Source: an uncultured Gemmatimonadota bacterium (GTDB taxonomy: Bacteria > JAAXHH01). Taken from it: 64,000 nt of DNA. The position numbers and the translations under genes were made by a program. Under the pieces are notes generated by a model. That model saw only the letters and a program-made list of their open reading frames with translations, did no database searches and was not told the DNA's origin. The DNA is taken from the NCBI GenBank assembly GCA_951812955.1, contig OX638340.1, positions 800,001 to 864,000 on the forward strand. Reading direction: 5' to 3'. Positions 1-10,833 of the stretch are shown piece after piece; the stretch's first letter is position 1; every line of letters starts with the position of its first letter.

Positions 1-70
1 GGGTGATGGCGATGACCTGGCCGCGCATGCGCGCCAGTTCACGGAATACCTTGCGGTTCAGGATGGACAT
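1..70 (-). CDS. ABC transporter permease (FtsX/MacB-like), N-terminal fragment; gene runs off the window start
   Basis: Reverse complement of 1-70 translates MSILNRKVFRELARMRGQVIAIT..., the typical N-terminus of FtsX-family permeases. It lies directly downstream of an ABC ATPase on the same strand. Confidence 0.6.
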   Translation of the reverse strand, partial: MSILNRKVFRELARMRGQVIAIT

Positions 71-166
71 GGCTGTCTCGCTCCGAGGCAGGAAGCGAAA
101 TGAAACGGACGGAATCGATCATGCCGGGCCGACGTAGGCTACCAGTTCAAATCGGGACGACGCCGG

Positions 167-988
167 CTACCAGCTCAACTCGTCCGGACGTTTTTTCACC
201 GGATTGGCATAGACCTCGAAGATCTCGCCGCTGCGCAGCCGGATGACCCGGTCGGCCATGTCGGCGATCGCCACGTTGTGGGTTATGACAGCGGTCGTGG
301 TGCCCAGCGTGCTGTTGACCGTCTCAATTACTTCCAGCACCCGTTTGCCCGTCGCATAGTCCAGGGCGCCTGTGGGCTCATCGCACAGGAGCACTTCGGG
401 TCGTTTCGCAATGGCCCGGGCGATGGCCACGCGCTGCTGCTCTCCACCGGACATCTGGGCCGGGAAGTGATGCATGCGCGGTTCCAAACCCACGAGTTGC
501 AGAGCGTCTTCGGCCGGCATCGGATGTTCGGCGATCTCGGTGACCAGTTCCACGTTCTCCAGCGCGGTAAGACTCGGGATCAGGTTGTAGAACTGGAATA
601 CGAACCCCACGGATTTCCGTCGGAAACCGGTCCTTTCGCTTTCATCCGCCCCGGTCATTTCCCGTTCGCGATAGAATACCTGTCCACCCGATGGCACGTC
701 GAGACCGCCCAGGATGTTGAGCAGGGTCGACTTGCCGCTTCCCGATGCCCCCAGGAAGACGGCCAGTTCACCCGCGTACAGGTCCAGATCGACCCCCCGC
801 AGGGCGGACACGTCCACCTCGCCCATGCGGTAGACCTTGGAGATGTTGCGGGCGCGGAATACCGGAGCTGCCTGAACTGCGGCGTCGTTGTTGGCACGGT
901 ATACCGGACCTGCCTGTTCTGCGGCCACGCTGTGTCCTCCTGGTCGGGACGGTCTACGAAATGTCTGATCGGATCGAACCTGGTTCAT
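167..988 (-). CDS. ABC transporter ATP-binding protein (MacB/LolD/FtsE-like)
   Basis: Walker [17 protein letters not shown] signature [14 protein letters not shown], Walker [13 protein letters not shown]-loop ITHN. The ORF is open to 1069; the start is uncertain, and I chose ATG at 988 (MNQVR...). Confidence 0.85.
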   Translation of the reverse strand: MNQVRSDQTFRRPSRPGGHSVAAEQAGPVYRANNDAAVQAAPVFRARNISKVYRMGEVDVSALRGVDLDLYAGELAVFLGASGSGKSTLLNILGGLDVPSGGQVFYREREMTGADESERTGFRRKSVGFVFQFYNLIPSLTALENVELVTEIAEHPMPAEDALQLVGLEPRMHHFPAQMSGGEQQRVAIARAIAKRPEVLLCDEPTGALDYATGKRVLEVIETVNSTLGTTTAVITHNVAIADMADRVIRLRSGEIFEVYANPVKKRPDELSW

Positions 989-1028
989 CGCAACTGAGCA
1001 CATCAACCGGAATGCGGGGCCGGCCTCG

Positions 1029-2873
1029 CTATCTGTGCCACGGGAACCTGGCCGTCGGCTGGTTGGCATAGCGTTTCAGACCTAACGTCAGTCGCGCGCC
1101 GGACCCGGGCGCCAGACGCACCGTGAAATCGGTATCGTCCACGTCAATCCGCAGGCCGTCGTACTCGACAGCGCGTACCTGGTGCTCCCCATAGGCGCCA
1201 CCCTGCACGGTCACGGTGCGGGCGTCGACCGGGTTGACGTTCACGAGATGCACATCGAGCCCGTCCCTGTCGATCCGGTCGATCAGCACCGCCACGTCTT
1301 CCGGAACGCCTGGCCTGCCGCGTTCCGGGTCGAAATACCAGAGCCTGCAGTGCAGCGGGCGGGCATAGGCTGGCCTGGCTCCGCCGGTCATGAGGTTCAC
1401 GAGGGTCTCGATCCGCGCCGGATTGAAGGGATTGGGATTGTCCGACAGACGCGTGTCCGGAGTAGACATATCACTGCGGATCTTCTCGACCTGGTCCCGC
1501 AAATCGGAGAAATCCTGCTTCAATGCTTCTACGGGAAAACCGGGGTTCGTTCCGTCCAGGTAATTCAACCAGGGTTGATCGCCGGCCAGCGCGCGGTCGC
1601 CGGGATTCATGGACCAGTCGTACACCTCGACCGCTCCCCGGTCATAGGGTTCGGGCGCGTAGTCGTACCATCCTTCGTCGCCATGCATGTGGGGATACAT
1701 CTCGACCCCGTCAACGGTCTTTTTGTTGGCATTAACCGACTCGAGTACGGTGCGCCAGACGTCCACGTACTTCTGGTCACCGGTGAGCAGCAGGGCGTTC
1801 CCGAACCCGTCAACCGCGTGCGCGACGGCGTTCAGGGTGAAATTGTCCAGCCGGCCGTGGCGATGGGCGAAGACCTTGTGGTTCCATCCGTAGACACCGC
1901 CCCACCACCGTCCTTCGCAGGCACTGCCGATGACGCCGTCCAGGCCCACGTTCGAGGGGATCACGCCCCCATTGGCATAGGTGCGTTCCACCCACGCGTC
2001 GGCATATTCCAGGATCCAGTCCCGGTACTTCGTCTCGCCGGTGAGCGCATAGGCGTTGAAGGCCAGTCCCGTGCAGATGAGGTTCAGCGGATGGTCGCCG
2101 GCCACGTCGTTGTAGGTCTCGAACCGCTCGCACATCTCCGCGTAGTCCCGCTGGCCGTGCAGCAGGTCGAACCGGCCGTCCTCCAGCGGGTCGCCTACCC
2201 AGTCCAGGGCCGTGGTCTTGCGCAGCATCGGTCCCCGGCTGCCGTTGAACATGCTCCGGATTAACCTGAGCTCAGGGTCGTAGTTCTTCGCCTGGGGATC
2301 CTCGTCCATGTAGAAACCAGCGAATCTTCTAGTCCGGCGTATATGGTTATCGTCGTCCGGATCGCAGTTCCCCAACAGGTTGAACACCACCAGCCCCTCG
2401 GCGTGATGGGCCCAGTCGCTGTGCACCGGGAATTCCTTGTAGTACATGCCGTCCCGGGCAAAGGGCACGTCGACGGTCTTCGCCTCCGTGTACTGGCGGA
2501 TGTGGCCGTCCTGCGCCGTCTTACACATGTCCCGTATGCGGTCTCCCCCGCCGAGCAGGTAGACGACGGGCCAGTGGGCCAGGTTCTCGATGGCGTCGTC
2601 CGGACCGTCCAGCGCGCCCCAGCGGGGAACGCATTCCAGGTATCCCTTCTCGTCGAAATACTTGTCGTAGAACAGTTCTAGGGCCTGGGTCATGGATCGA
2701 ATGAGCGATCGCTCCAGCAAGGCCCACTGCGGCGGGGCCTGGGGCGTGTCGATATGGATGATGCGATTCGGCATAGAGTAGATTCCCCGGGTGACGTGCA
2801 GGACATTGGTGGTCAGGATGTTCTTTACATCATTTATATCGCGCGCTAGCTTGCCGTGCTGCTTGAAAGTCAA
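1029..2873 (-). CDS. hypothetical protein, 614 aa, no recognised domain (possibly an alpha/alpha-toroid polysaccharide-active fold)
   Basis: Long uninterrupted ORF with coding-like composition; no signal peptide; no motif I can assign. Confidence 0.5.
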   Translation of the reverse strand: MTFKQHGKLARDINDVKNILTTNVLHVTRGIYSMPNRIIHIDTPQAPPQWALLERSLIRSMTQALELFYDKYFDEKGYLECVPRWGALDGPDDAIENLAHWPVVYLLGGGDRIRDMCKTAQDGHIRQYTEAKTVDVPFARDGMYYKEFPVHSDWAHHAEGLVVFNLLGNCDPDDDNHIRRTRRFAGFYMDEDPQAKNYDPELRLIRSMFNGSRGPMLRKTTALDWVGDPLEDGRFDLLHGQRDYAEMCERFETYNDVAGDHPLNLICTGLAFNAYALTGETKYRDWILEYADAWVERTYANGGVIPSNVGLDGVIGSACEGRWWGGVYGWNHKVFAHRHGRLDNFTLNAVAHAVDGFGNALLLTGDQKYVDVWRTVLESVNANKKTVDGVEMYPHMHGDEGWYDYAPEPYDRGAVEVYDWSMNPGDRALAGDQPWLNYLDGTNPGFPVEALKQDFSDLRDQVEKIRSDMSTPDTRLSDNPNPFNPARIETLVNLMTGGARPAYARPLHCRLWYFDPERGRPGVPEDVAVLIDRIDRDGLDVHLVNVNPVDARTVTVQGGAYGEHQVRAVEYDGLRIDVDDTDFTVRLAPGSGARLTLGLKRYANQPTARFPWHR

Positions 2874-3157
2874 AGCGTCCTGGCAAGCAAGACGATCGGG
2901 TACTTAAGTTACTGTTTTATAAGCAGTTGCAAGCGATGAACCGGAATTTGGGCTGGTCACGAAGATAGAGCCTGGCCGGTCCAACGTCAAGCGGATCATA
3001 TACCGGTTTCTCAGCGCATTACGGCTACTCGCGCGTGTTGAATTCCTGAATGTTGTGCATCCCCACTTGTATACAAATGAACGATCTTATTGTGAAGAAG
3101 CCACGGTATAATGAACGGTCTTTTTATGAAAAGTGCCACGTGATTCGGAACAATCCA

Positions 3158-4579
3158 ATGAGAAGACGCATGGCTGGTCGAAGCGTAATGCTGATCGCCG
3201 GAATGTTTATGCTGGCTGTGACCGGGTTCGAGACCCTGGCCCAGCCGGAAACGATCGACCGGTCGAACCTGGTCCTTGAACTGTTGTTCGACGGGGACGC
3301 CCGGGATACGAGCGGAGGCGGGCACCACGGTGAAGTAGACGGTGCGGTGCTCACGGCCGACCGCTTCGGACGACATAATGCAGCCTATGCATTCGATGGC
3401 CGGAACGATTTCATCAGCATCTCGCCCCCGCCGTCGCTCCTGGAAGACGCGTTTACGCTTTCTGTCTGGGTCAATTATGATGACGATGCTTTCTCGCGAT
3501 ACTGGACCAATGGCGTCATCACGCAGGACGACGGCGGCGGCAAACGGCGCGTATTTCAGCTCAGTACGCTCGGTCCGCTGCCCACCTGGCATCTCATGGG
3601 CCGTGGCCGAGACCCGCTCATCACCCGTCCCATCGGCACCTCCTTGTGGCGGCACCTGGCCGTAACACATGACGGTACGGTACACCGGCTGTACCTGGAC
3701 GGCGTTCTGCACGATCAGACCGAAGCGCCCTTACCACCACACGCGGAGGAACCCATCAACGTCGGCCGCAAGGGTTCTGGCGAATCGGAGTTCTACTTCA
3801 AGGGCGCCATCGACGACGTGCGTATCTACACGAGAACGCTCTTTCAGGAAGACATCATGAAGCTTGCCCGTGAAAACGGATGGCAGCCTCCCCCGCTTTC
3901 AGAATTGGACGTGCCAGACCCGCCCGAGTCATCGCTCGAAGACGCCCTCGTTGCCCACTGGCCGATGGAGACTGCCGAAATGCGCGACGTGTCGAGCAGC
4001 ACACTGAAGTCTATTGTAATGGGCAACCCCGAACCCATTGAAGGTCCAAGAGGTGGGGCGCTGCGATTCGATGGCAACGAGGACTGGGCGGTGGTAAAGC
4101 ACGAAAAGCTCGATCTGCTTCACTACCTGACGATTACCTGCTGGGTCAGGGGGTTCGATACCGAAACCAGGTACAGCCAGGTGCTCTGGTACGGCGACGG
4201 CGCCTGGGGACAGGACCCCTACTCCATGTCGATACAGGAAGGAAAGATCGGATTTCGTGTTGACGACGTGGCAACGCAGTGGGAACTGACGACCGAATCA
4301 CAGCCCGCGCCGGACGCGTGGACGTTTGTGGCGGCAACGCTGAATACCCGGCCGGACGGCCTCATGGATCAGAAAATCTACGTCAACGGGGTGCTTTCCG
4401 TGGAACAGGTGACGCCGAATCCCTACCGGTATATCGAACTGGGGCGCATGTGGCTCACCTTCGCGTCCTTCGGGAGCGGTTACGATAAGACTCGGCTGGA
4501 TCTCGACGACGTAAGGATCTATAACCGGGCGCTGAGCCGGCAGGAAGTCGAATCCCTTTACGCAGAACCGCAGGAGTAG
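3158..4579 (+). CDS. secreted LamG-like (concanavalin A-like lectin/glucanase fold) two-domain protein
   Basis: N-terminal signal peptide MRRRMAGRSVMLIAGMFMLAVTGFETLAQ. Two repeats of a LamG-like pattern (...FDG..D...I...; ...DDVRIY.RALS..E). Start taken at ATG 3158 inside the longer ORF 3050-4579. Confidence 0.65.
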   Translation: MRRRMAGRSVMLIAGMFMLAVTGFETLAQPETIDRSNLVLELLFDGDARDTSGGGHHGEVDGAVLTADRFGRHNAAYAFDGRNDFISISPPPSLLEDAFTLSVWVNYDDDAFSRYWTNGVITQDDGGGKRRVFQLSTLGPLPTWHLMGRGRDPLITRPIGTSLWRHLAVTHDGTVHRLYLDGVLHDQTEAPLPPHAEEPINVGRKGSGESEFYFKGAIDDVRIYTRTLFQEDIMKLARENGWQPPPLSELDVPDPPESSLEDALVAHWPMETAEMRDVSSSTLKSIVMGNPEPIEGPRGGALRFDGNEDWAVVKHEKLDLLHYLTITCWVRGFDTETRYSQVLWYGDGAWGQDPYSMSIQEGKIGFRVDDVATQWELTTESQPAPDAWTFVAATLNTRPDGLMDQKIYVNGVLSVEQVTPNPYRYIELGRMWLTFASFGSGYDKTRLDLDDVRIYNRALSRQEVESLYAEPQE

Positions 4580-4582
4580 GGC

Positions 4583-5971
4583 ATGGATCGCGATAGAGAC
4601 CGCGCGAACGAAGCGCATCAGGACCATACGGCAGGCGAAGGCATAGCGGCCGACGATAATCCGGCGGACAATACGGCATCGGACGCGCGAGGCAGCCGCC
4701 GACAGTTCCTGAAGCGCAGTATCGCCGCGGCCACCGGCGTAGCGGCAACCTCCGTGTGGGATGCGTCGTCAGCATTCGCGCAGGAACAGGAAGTACCTCT
4801 TCCCGGCCCGCCTGACGAGATTGGCGACGAATCCTACTGGGAGAAGGTCCGTGCGCAGTTTCATCTGAATCCCGATACCATTTACCTGAACAACGGAACC
4901 CTCGGCCTGTGCCCGAAGCCAGTCACGAAGGCTGTATTCGATGGATACGTTTACCTCGCTGAAACGGGCAGCGAAGGCAGGTATCAACTGTGGGATGAAG
5001 TGGAAGAGAGCCGGAAAATGGCCGCCGGCTTTCTCGGGGCGAGCGAGAAAGAAATCGCCCTGACCCGGAATGCAACGGAAGGGCTACGGTTTATCGTTAA
5101 CGGGATCCGCATGGAACCCGGAGACGAAATGCTCATGACCACGGACGAGCACATCGCGGGTTACCAGCCATGGAACCAGCGGGCTCGGCGTTATGGCATT
5201 CGAGTCAACCAGGTTCAGATTCCCAGTCCACCCAGGGATAAACAGGAAGTGATGGATCTTTTCGAACAAGCTTTGACGCCCAAAACCAAAGTGATTTTCT
5301 TCTGCCATGTTACCCGTGGTCCCGGCCTGCTCTATCCCGTCAGGGAACTGTGCGACATGGCCCGCGAGAAGGGTATTGTATCGGCCGTAGACGGCGCCCA
5401 GACACCCGGCATGAATCCGGTGAACTTGCATGAAATGGGATGCGACCTCTTCGCCACGAGCCTGCACAAGTGGGCGCTGACGCCCTCCGGAACAGGATGT
5501 CTATACGTTCGGGAGGGGTTCCAGGATAACTTCTGGCCCGGTTCGGGCGGGAACGGACCATGGAACGATCGTGAACAGGGTATGTGGCACGTCGGACCCC
5601 ACGGCACCTATGAGAGACCCGTCAGGGCAGCCATCAAGACCGCATTGAACTTCCTCGATTCCATCGGGATGGATGCCATCTATGCGCGAGACCGGATGCT
5701 GTCCGACAATCTGAAGGAACGACTACTGGAATTGCCGGGGGTCAGTCTGGGGACCTCCCGCGACCACGCGCTCTCCAGTCCCGGGATCACCTCGTTCAGC
5801 GTGGAAGGTTGGGACACCAGTCTGCTGCGTGGAATCCTGGAAGGAAAGGCCGGCATAATCCTGAGCAGGGATCAACGTAGATACCACGATCTGGTCAGAG
5901 TATCTACCCACTTCTACAACACCCCCGCGGAAATCGATCGACTGATCGAACTGTTGAAAGAAATCCTGTAG
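4583..5971 (+). CDS. class-V aminotransferase-fold PLP enzyme (isopenicillin-N epimerase / cysteine desulfurase-like) with twin-arginine (Tat) signal
   Basis: Tat motif SRRQFLKRSIAAATGVAA...AFAQE. PLP-enzyme blocks such as LNNGTLGLCP, AVDGAQTPG and the lysine region SLHKWALTPSGTG. Starts 4 nt after the LamG gene stop. Confidence 0.8.
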   Translation: MDRDRDRANEAHQDHTAGEGIAADDNPADNTASDARGSRRQFLKRSIAAATGVAATSVWDASSAFAQEQEVPLPGPPDEIGDESYWEKVRAQFHLNPDTIYLNNGTLGLCPKPVTKAVFDGYVYLAETGSEGRYQLWDEVEESRKMAAGFLGASEKEIALTRNATEGLRFIVNGIRMEPGDEMLMTTDEHIAGYQPWNQRARRYGIRVNQVQIPSPPRDKQEVMDLFEQALTPKTKVIFFCHVTRGPGLLYPVRELCDMAREKGIVSAVDGAQTPGMNPVNLHEMGCDLFATSLHKWALTPSGTGCLYVREGFQDNFWPGSGGNGPWNDREQGMWHVGPHGTYERPVRAAIKTALNFLDSIGMDAIYARDRMLSDNLKERLLELPGVSLGTSRDHALSSPGITSFSVEGWDTSLLRGILEGKAGIILSRDQRRYHDLVRVSTHFYNTPAEIDRLIELLKEIL

Positions 5972-5994
5972 CGGCCCGCCCATGTCACGCCGGG

Positions 5995-6927
5995 TTACTG
6001 CTCCTCGCCGTTAAAGTGCTCCGCTTCGCGATCCCGCAGAAAATCCAACGCGCATTTCAAGTCGGGAATACCGCTCCTTCCGCCTAGCCGGGTGCAGCTC
6101 ATGGCGGCGACGGCCGATGCAAATTCGGCGGTCTTCTCCACCTCCCACGCCTGAAGCAGGCCGAATATAAACGCGCCGTGGTACACATCGCCCGCTCCGG
6201 TGGTGTCGACAACGCCTACGGGAAAGGCCGGTGTGTGAAACGATCTGCCACCAGCCAGCGTATGACTTCCTTCCTCGCCCACGGTTACGACCGTGACGGC
6301 AGGGCCATAAGCGGACAGGGCCTTCGCGGCTTCCGACGGATCGGTCTGGGTCGTCAACTCTTCAGAAAACACCCGGGATGCGATCAGGTAATCCGTCAGA
6401 TGCAGCAGGTCTTCGAGATCTTCCGGTGGGGTCACGGTGTCCGCGTCGAGCACCACGGGCACGCCGGAATCCCGCGCGAGCCGCGCCGCGGTAAGTGCCG
6501 CCCTTCGATTGGTGTTGTCCAGATGAAGGTATTTGGCGGAGGCGACCATCTCGGCGGGAACTTCGGCAGCAGGAAATGCTACGGTCGTGCCGCCAGCCAT
6601 GATGGTTCGCTGGCCGGTCGATTCGTCGACGAGGATCATGCTGATGGGCGTTGATGCGCCCGACACTATGCCCAGGTGGGTCACGTCGACCCCGTACAGG
6701 TCGAATTCCTCCTTCACGACCCGGCCAGCCATGTCATCGCCGATTTTACCCACAAAAGCCGTGGACGCTCCCAACCTGGAAAGCGCAACCAGCGCGGTGG
6801 AGACCATCCCGCCGCCCTGCTGTGTCGAGTCGCTCATCCAGACCTGTTCGTCCCGGTCCGGCAAGCGGGGCACGATCCCCAGGAAGTCCAGGCAAGCGCA
6901 ACCGAGTCCGACTACATCATATGCCAT
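5995..6927 (-). CDS. PfkB-family carbohydrate kinase (ribokinase-like)
   Basis: N-terminal VVGLGCACLDFL and C-terminal DTTGAGDVYHGAF (the PfkB signature 2 region). Start chosen at MAYDVV, ATG 6927, with GAGG upstream. Confidence 0.8.
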   Translation of the reverse strand: MAYDVVGLGCACLDFLGIVPRLPDRDEQVWMSDSTQQGGGMVSTALVALSRLGASTAFVGKIGDDMAGRVVKEEFDLYGVDVTHLGIVSGASTPISMILVDESTGQRTIMAGGTTVAFPAAEVPAEMVASAKYLHLDNTNRRAALTAARLARDSGVPVVLDADTVTPPEDLEDLLHLTDYLIASRVFSEELTTQTDPSEAAKALSAYGPAVTVVTVGEEGSHTLAGGRSFHTPAFPVGVVDTTGAGDVYHGAFIFGLLQAWEVEKTAEFASAVAAMSCTRLGGRSGIPDLKCALDFLRDREAEHFNGEEQ

Positions 6928-7232
6928 TATCGGGATTCCTCGTATCAAAATCCATCCACGTGTATACCTGTTTCATCCGCGATGACCGGAAGCGAATCGG
7001 AACACGTGAGATACTCCGTATGTATAGACATTCTCTATTTGTAGTGTATGAAGTCAGGGCAAATTAAACAGCCCGCGCGAAGCGTCAAGCCCAAATCAAT
7101 TGACAGGCTCCGGTGGCTGCGATACCATTTCACGACGATTCTGGATACACGGAGCCGAAACGTTCGGCGATCTCACATTTGTGTGTGATCCAATCTCCAT
7201 CGTCGTACCAATATCACAAGGATTCCCAGCCG

Positions 7233-8411
7233 ATGTCACTTACGTCAGAAGTACAGTCCATGCTGCCGGATCTGGACGGATTCGCTTATTTCCAGACCAG
7301 CGGATTTTCGCCCAAGTTGACTCCGATTATCGACGAGGTTATCCGTTCGCTGAGGATTCAAAGCCGTGGTCCCGCCCTGCCCTTCGTTGCCCGGAAGTTG
7401 CAACAGCAGATGCAGGAAACCCGGGGCAAGGTAGCGGATACGATCAACGCCACGCCGGAAGAGATCGTTCTGACTGAAAACACCACCATCGGCATCAATA
7501 TCGTGGCCAACGGGATCGACTGGAAACCGGGCGACAACGTCCTGCTGAGCACGCACGAGCACCCGGGCAACCGGCTGACCTGGTACAACCTGACTGGCAG
7601 ATACGACGTGGAGCTTCGGTTCGCCCCACTGTATAACGATCACGATAGAACGCTGGAAGAGATGGATCGGTTGATCGATGATCGGACCAGGCTGGTCAGC
7701 GTAAGCCACGTCTCCAGGCGCACGGGTCTGCGCCTGCCGGGCCGGGCAATCTGCGACCTGGCCCATGCGAAAGACACGCCCGTCCTATATGATGGCGCGC
7801 AGTCCTTCGGGGCCATTCCGATCGATGTCCGGCACCTGGACTGCGACTTCTACAGCTTCTGCGGGCACAAATACACCATGGCCCCGCAGGGAACCGGGGG
7901 ACTGTACATCCGTAAAGACCGCATCGAATGGCTCAAACCGAGCTGGATAGGATCCCACTCGCAGAAATCATTCGACCAGGATGGCAACATGGACCTTTTG
8001 GACGAAGCCAAACGGTTCGAGTTTGCCACGCGAAGCGTGCCTGACCAGGCTGGATTCGGCAAGGCCCTGGACATCTGGGCCGGTTTTGGCTGGGACAAGG
8101 TTTTCGCCGGGATCGCGGCCTATACGGATCGAATGAAATCCGCCCTGTCGGAGATTCCCGGCCTGGTTCTTGAGACCCCGCTTGCCTACGACGATTCTTC
8201 CGGCATTGTCACGTTCCATGTACCGGGACTGGAATCGGGCCCCCTGGCTGAGAGCCTGCAGCAACAGGAGAAGGTGCTGGTCTCTCCGCTAGAATTCGCG
8301 GCGGAAAGCACGCGTGTTTCGACCCATGTGTTCAACTCGGATGAAGATCTGGAGCGACTGACGTCGGGTATACGCAGAATTCAGCGCGATGGATTGGGAT
8401 CGGCGAACTAG
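7233..8411 (+). CDS. class-V aminotransferase-fold PLP enzyme (cysteine desulfurase-like), cytoplasmic paralog
   Basis: Blocks LTENTTIGINIV, YDGAQSFG and FCGHKYTMAPQGTGGLYIR (PLP-lysine region). Start at MSLTSEV, 7233. Divergent from the PfkB kinase. Confidence 0.8.
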   Translation: MSLTSEVQSMLPDLDGFAYFQTSGFSPKLTPIIDEVIRSLRIQSRGPALPFVARKLQQQMQETRGKVADTINATPEEIVLTENTTIGINIVANGIDWKPGDNVLLSTHEHPGNRLTWYNLTGRYDVELRFAPLYNDHDRTLEEMDRLIDDRTRLVSVSHVSRRTGLRLPGRAICDLAHAKDTPVLYDGAQSFGAIPIDVRHLDCDFYSFCGHKYTMAPQGTGGLYIRKDRIEWLKPSWIGSHSQKSFDQDGNMDLLDEAKRFEFATRSVPDQAGFGKALDIWAGFGWDKVFAGIAAYTDRMKSALSEIPGLVLETPLAYDDSSGIVTFHVPGLESGPLAESLQQQEKVLVSPLEFAAESTRVSTHVFNSDEDLERLTSGIRRIQRDGLGSAN

Positions 8412-8418
8412 CTCGATA

Positions 8419-9513
8419 TTAGCGAAACCAGTCGTAATTCAGACCCAGCGAGCGGTCCTCCAGGGGCAGGTCGATGCGTACGCCACCCCTCGAAGACGAC
8501 AGTTTGAGGGCGATTTCCACCTCCAATGCCATCGCCACCCTGCGGCCCGAATTCTTGGGTTCGTCGAGCTTCCCTGCGAGGCAATCCATCACGTCGTTTA
8601 ACGAATAGATCCCGCCATAGGGCGGTACGAACTGAGGACCAGGCCACGGCACCTCGACCCGGTAGGGCCGACCCTCCACCTCCATGACTTCCCATCGTTG
8701 CCAGGCCGTCACGAAATCGTAGGCCAGGTCGCCCTTGCTTCCATGCAACCGCACGCCTGGCGCGCCCGCTCGAAAATGCACCACGAGGCCGCTTTCGGTC
8801 ACCATCATGCCCTGTCCGGTAAATTCGTCGCTTCCCGATTCCCGGCGCGGTTCATCACCGGTACCGATCACCCAGGCCGGGGCGCTGTCCACGAAATACG
8901 ACCAGTTCTGGTGTTGGGCAAAGGGCCCCGGAGCCTCTATGGACAACAACTCGCCGATTTCACCGCCGCGTACCATTGCTCCGGCCCGCGAGAAGGAAGG
9001 ATGTGTAGTAGCGATGGCGCCGCAACTCAAAGGAACGCCTGCTTCGGCACAGGTCCTCACCATGCGGTCCGTTTCTTCCAGCGTATGGGCCATGGGTTTC
9101 TCGGTGAAGATACCTTTCGCGCCATGACGTACGGCGAGGCAAGTGAGATCGGCGCGGTGCTTCGTGTTCGTGGCAATGGCTACGATATCCGGCCGTTCTA
9201 TGGCCAGCAAATCCCCTGCATCGTCATAGAGGGAGACTACACCGTATCTCTCGCGGAAAGCTTGCAGCCGTTTCACATCCCGGTCCGCCGCTGCGATCAG
9301 GTCTACCTCCGGCCTGTCCCACAATGCTTCGGCATAGGATGATGGAAGGCCCTCTGTTCCGGGGTTTTCATGGTAAAGGAAACGCCGATGGATATTCAGT
9401 TCCGGCGTGGGTCGATCCACATCATCCACGTCCCAAACACCCGTCCTTTCCGCCAGATCGTAAAGCATACCCATCCAGCCGAGTCCGATGAGTCCTGCCC
9501 GGTACTTTGCCAC
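8419..9513 (-). CDS. Gfo/Idh/MocA-family oxidoreductase
   Basis: N-terminal Rossmann segment AGLIGLGWMG, ...DIVAIATNTKHRADL..., and EKPMA consensus. Confidence 0.8.
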   Translation of the reverse strand: MAKYRAGLIGLGWMGMLYDLAERTGVWDVDDVDRPTPELNIHRRFLYHENPGTEGLPSSYAEALWDRPEVDLIAAADRDVKRLQAFRERYGVVSLYDDAGDLLAIERPDIVAIATNTKHRADLTCLAVRHGAKGIFTEKPMAHTLEETDRMVRTCAEAGVPLSCGAIATTHPSFSRAGAMVRGGEIGELLSIEAPGPFAQHQNWSYFVDSAPAWVIGTGDEPRRESGSDEFTGQGMMVTESGLVVHFRAGAPGVRLHGSKGDLAYDFVTAWQRWEVMEVEGRPYRVEVPWPGPQFVPPYGGIYSLNDVMDCLAGKLDEPKNSGRRVAMALEVEIALKLSSSRGGVRIDLPLEDRSLGLNYDWFR

Positions 9514-9514
9514 G

Positions 9515-9761
9515 GTATACTCCTTATATTCTAATCTTAATTACATGTCGAATAGGCGCTGTGAGAGGAATTCATATATACACAATAATAGAATATGTTG
9601 TATTGCTTATGTTTCTTACTACAATATATAGTAATAACTGAGGATTACTACTATTTGTGACCTCGTTTAGTGTGATGTGAGCTGTATATCTAACCGTTCA
9701 AGTGGTAATTGATCTGATTCTTGCAGATATCAAGGGTATAATTAGTTAAAAACAAGGGATT
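9515..9761. other. AT-rich ~250 bp intergenic island in a GC-rich background (probable promoter/regulatory region of the 8419-9513 gene)
   Basis: The sequence is visibly AT-rich (ttacatgtcgaatagg...tatatacacaataatagaatatg...). It holds repeated TTACTAC words (9616, 9648) and their inverse TAGTAA. Confidence 0.4.
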
Positions 9762-10769
9762 CTAGCCATTCCAGGGCAGCGGTACATCCAGTCGCGTGCT
9801 CATTTCCCTAACCGTATCCTGTTCGATTTCGCCAAAGCGGATTCCCTGCTTCCGGTGTAGGGCCATGCGCTGTTCTTCGATTGCTCCGGGGAGCAGCGCT
9901 TCGTCATAGCCTGGCATTGGCTCATAGGATTCCCGCACGTCCTTTACGAAACGGTCAACCTCTTCGCGAAAGTCCTCTTCAGGGATTACCGTCTCGATAT
10001 GAATGGCCAATACCATACCGCCATGGTTTGCCGCCGGCCACCGCTCTTGTACCTCATCGGCCTCTGGCAGCGCGGCTCCGGCCAAGGCGCCTCCAAGTAT
10101 CGTTGCCACTGCCCCGTAGCCGATGCTCTTGAAGAAAGCGGCCGGTATGCGGGTCAGTAGATCATCGAATTCAGGTGATTGCTGATAGTCAGCCAGTATA
10201 CGCGTAGCCACATCCTGCACCACGGGAGGCTCTTCGCCCGACGGGATGCCAAAACAAAGCGGCGGGTTTCCGATGTATCCGATCTGGGGTTTCGGATCCT
10301 GGCCGCGGGCGTTTCCCATGTTGCGGTAACCCTGTACCGAGAACCCGATACATCCGGCTTCCATGCACATCCGGGTGTAGTGTCCCGCCGAACCGTAATG
10401 TCCGATATGACGGACGAGTCCCATGCCCATCCCATTTTCCCGGGCCTTTCGGATGGCGCCATTGGTCGCTTCGACCATGGGCCAGTACCCGAGCGTTCCG
10501 TCACCGTCGACGACTACAGACGTGGGGGACTCCGAGATGATTTTCACATCGGGACGGGTGTTGCAGTTGCCTTCGGCGAAAGTACGCGTGTATCCTGACG
10601 CCGCGCGCACGCCGTGGCTGCGTACACCCCGCATGTCGGAATTGACCAGCAGTCGGCTGATGAGCGCCGCATGGTGGCTGGACAATCCCACTTTTTCGAA
10701 ACAGGCTGTCGTAAAAGATACGAGCTCGTTTTCCTGAACATGGATGAATGCTTCCGGTGGTCGATTCAT
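9762..10769 (-). CDS. Ldh_2-family (malate/L-lactate/sulfolactate dehydrogenase family 2) oxidoreductase
   Basis: Characteristic ...DMRGVRSHGV... and HIGHYGSAGHY segments of Ldh_2 enzymes. Confidence 0.7.
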   Translation of the reverse strand: MNRPPEAFIHVQENELVSFTTACFEKVGLSSHHAALISRLLVNSDMRGVRSHGVRAASGYTRTFAEGNCNTRPDVKIISESPTSVVVDGDGTLGYWPMVEATNGAIRKARENGMGMGLVRHIGHYGSAGHYTRMCMEAGCIGFSVQGYRNMGNARGQDPKPQIGYIGNPPLCFGIPSGEEPPVVQDVATRILADYQQSPEFDDLLTRIPAAFFKSIGYGAVATILGGALAGAALPEADEVQERWPAANHGGMVLAIHIETVIPEEDFREEVDRFVKDVRESYEPMPGYDEALLPGAIEEQRMALHRKQGIRFGEIEQDTVREMSTRLDVPLPWNG

Positions 10770-10833
10770 CGATCCTCCCTGGACTTGCTATAGACCAAAT
10801 AATGAGTAAGTTGGTTGCGCGGTTGGTTTTAGA

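Noticed and set aside
278-997. 239-aa ORF on the plus strand overlapping the ABC ATPase gene
   Set aside because: It is antisense to a gene with unmistakable Walker/ABC motifs. High-GC genomes generate long open antisense frames, and this one has no recognisable motifs.
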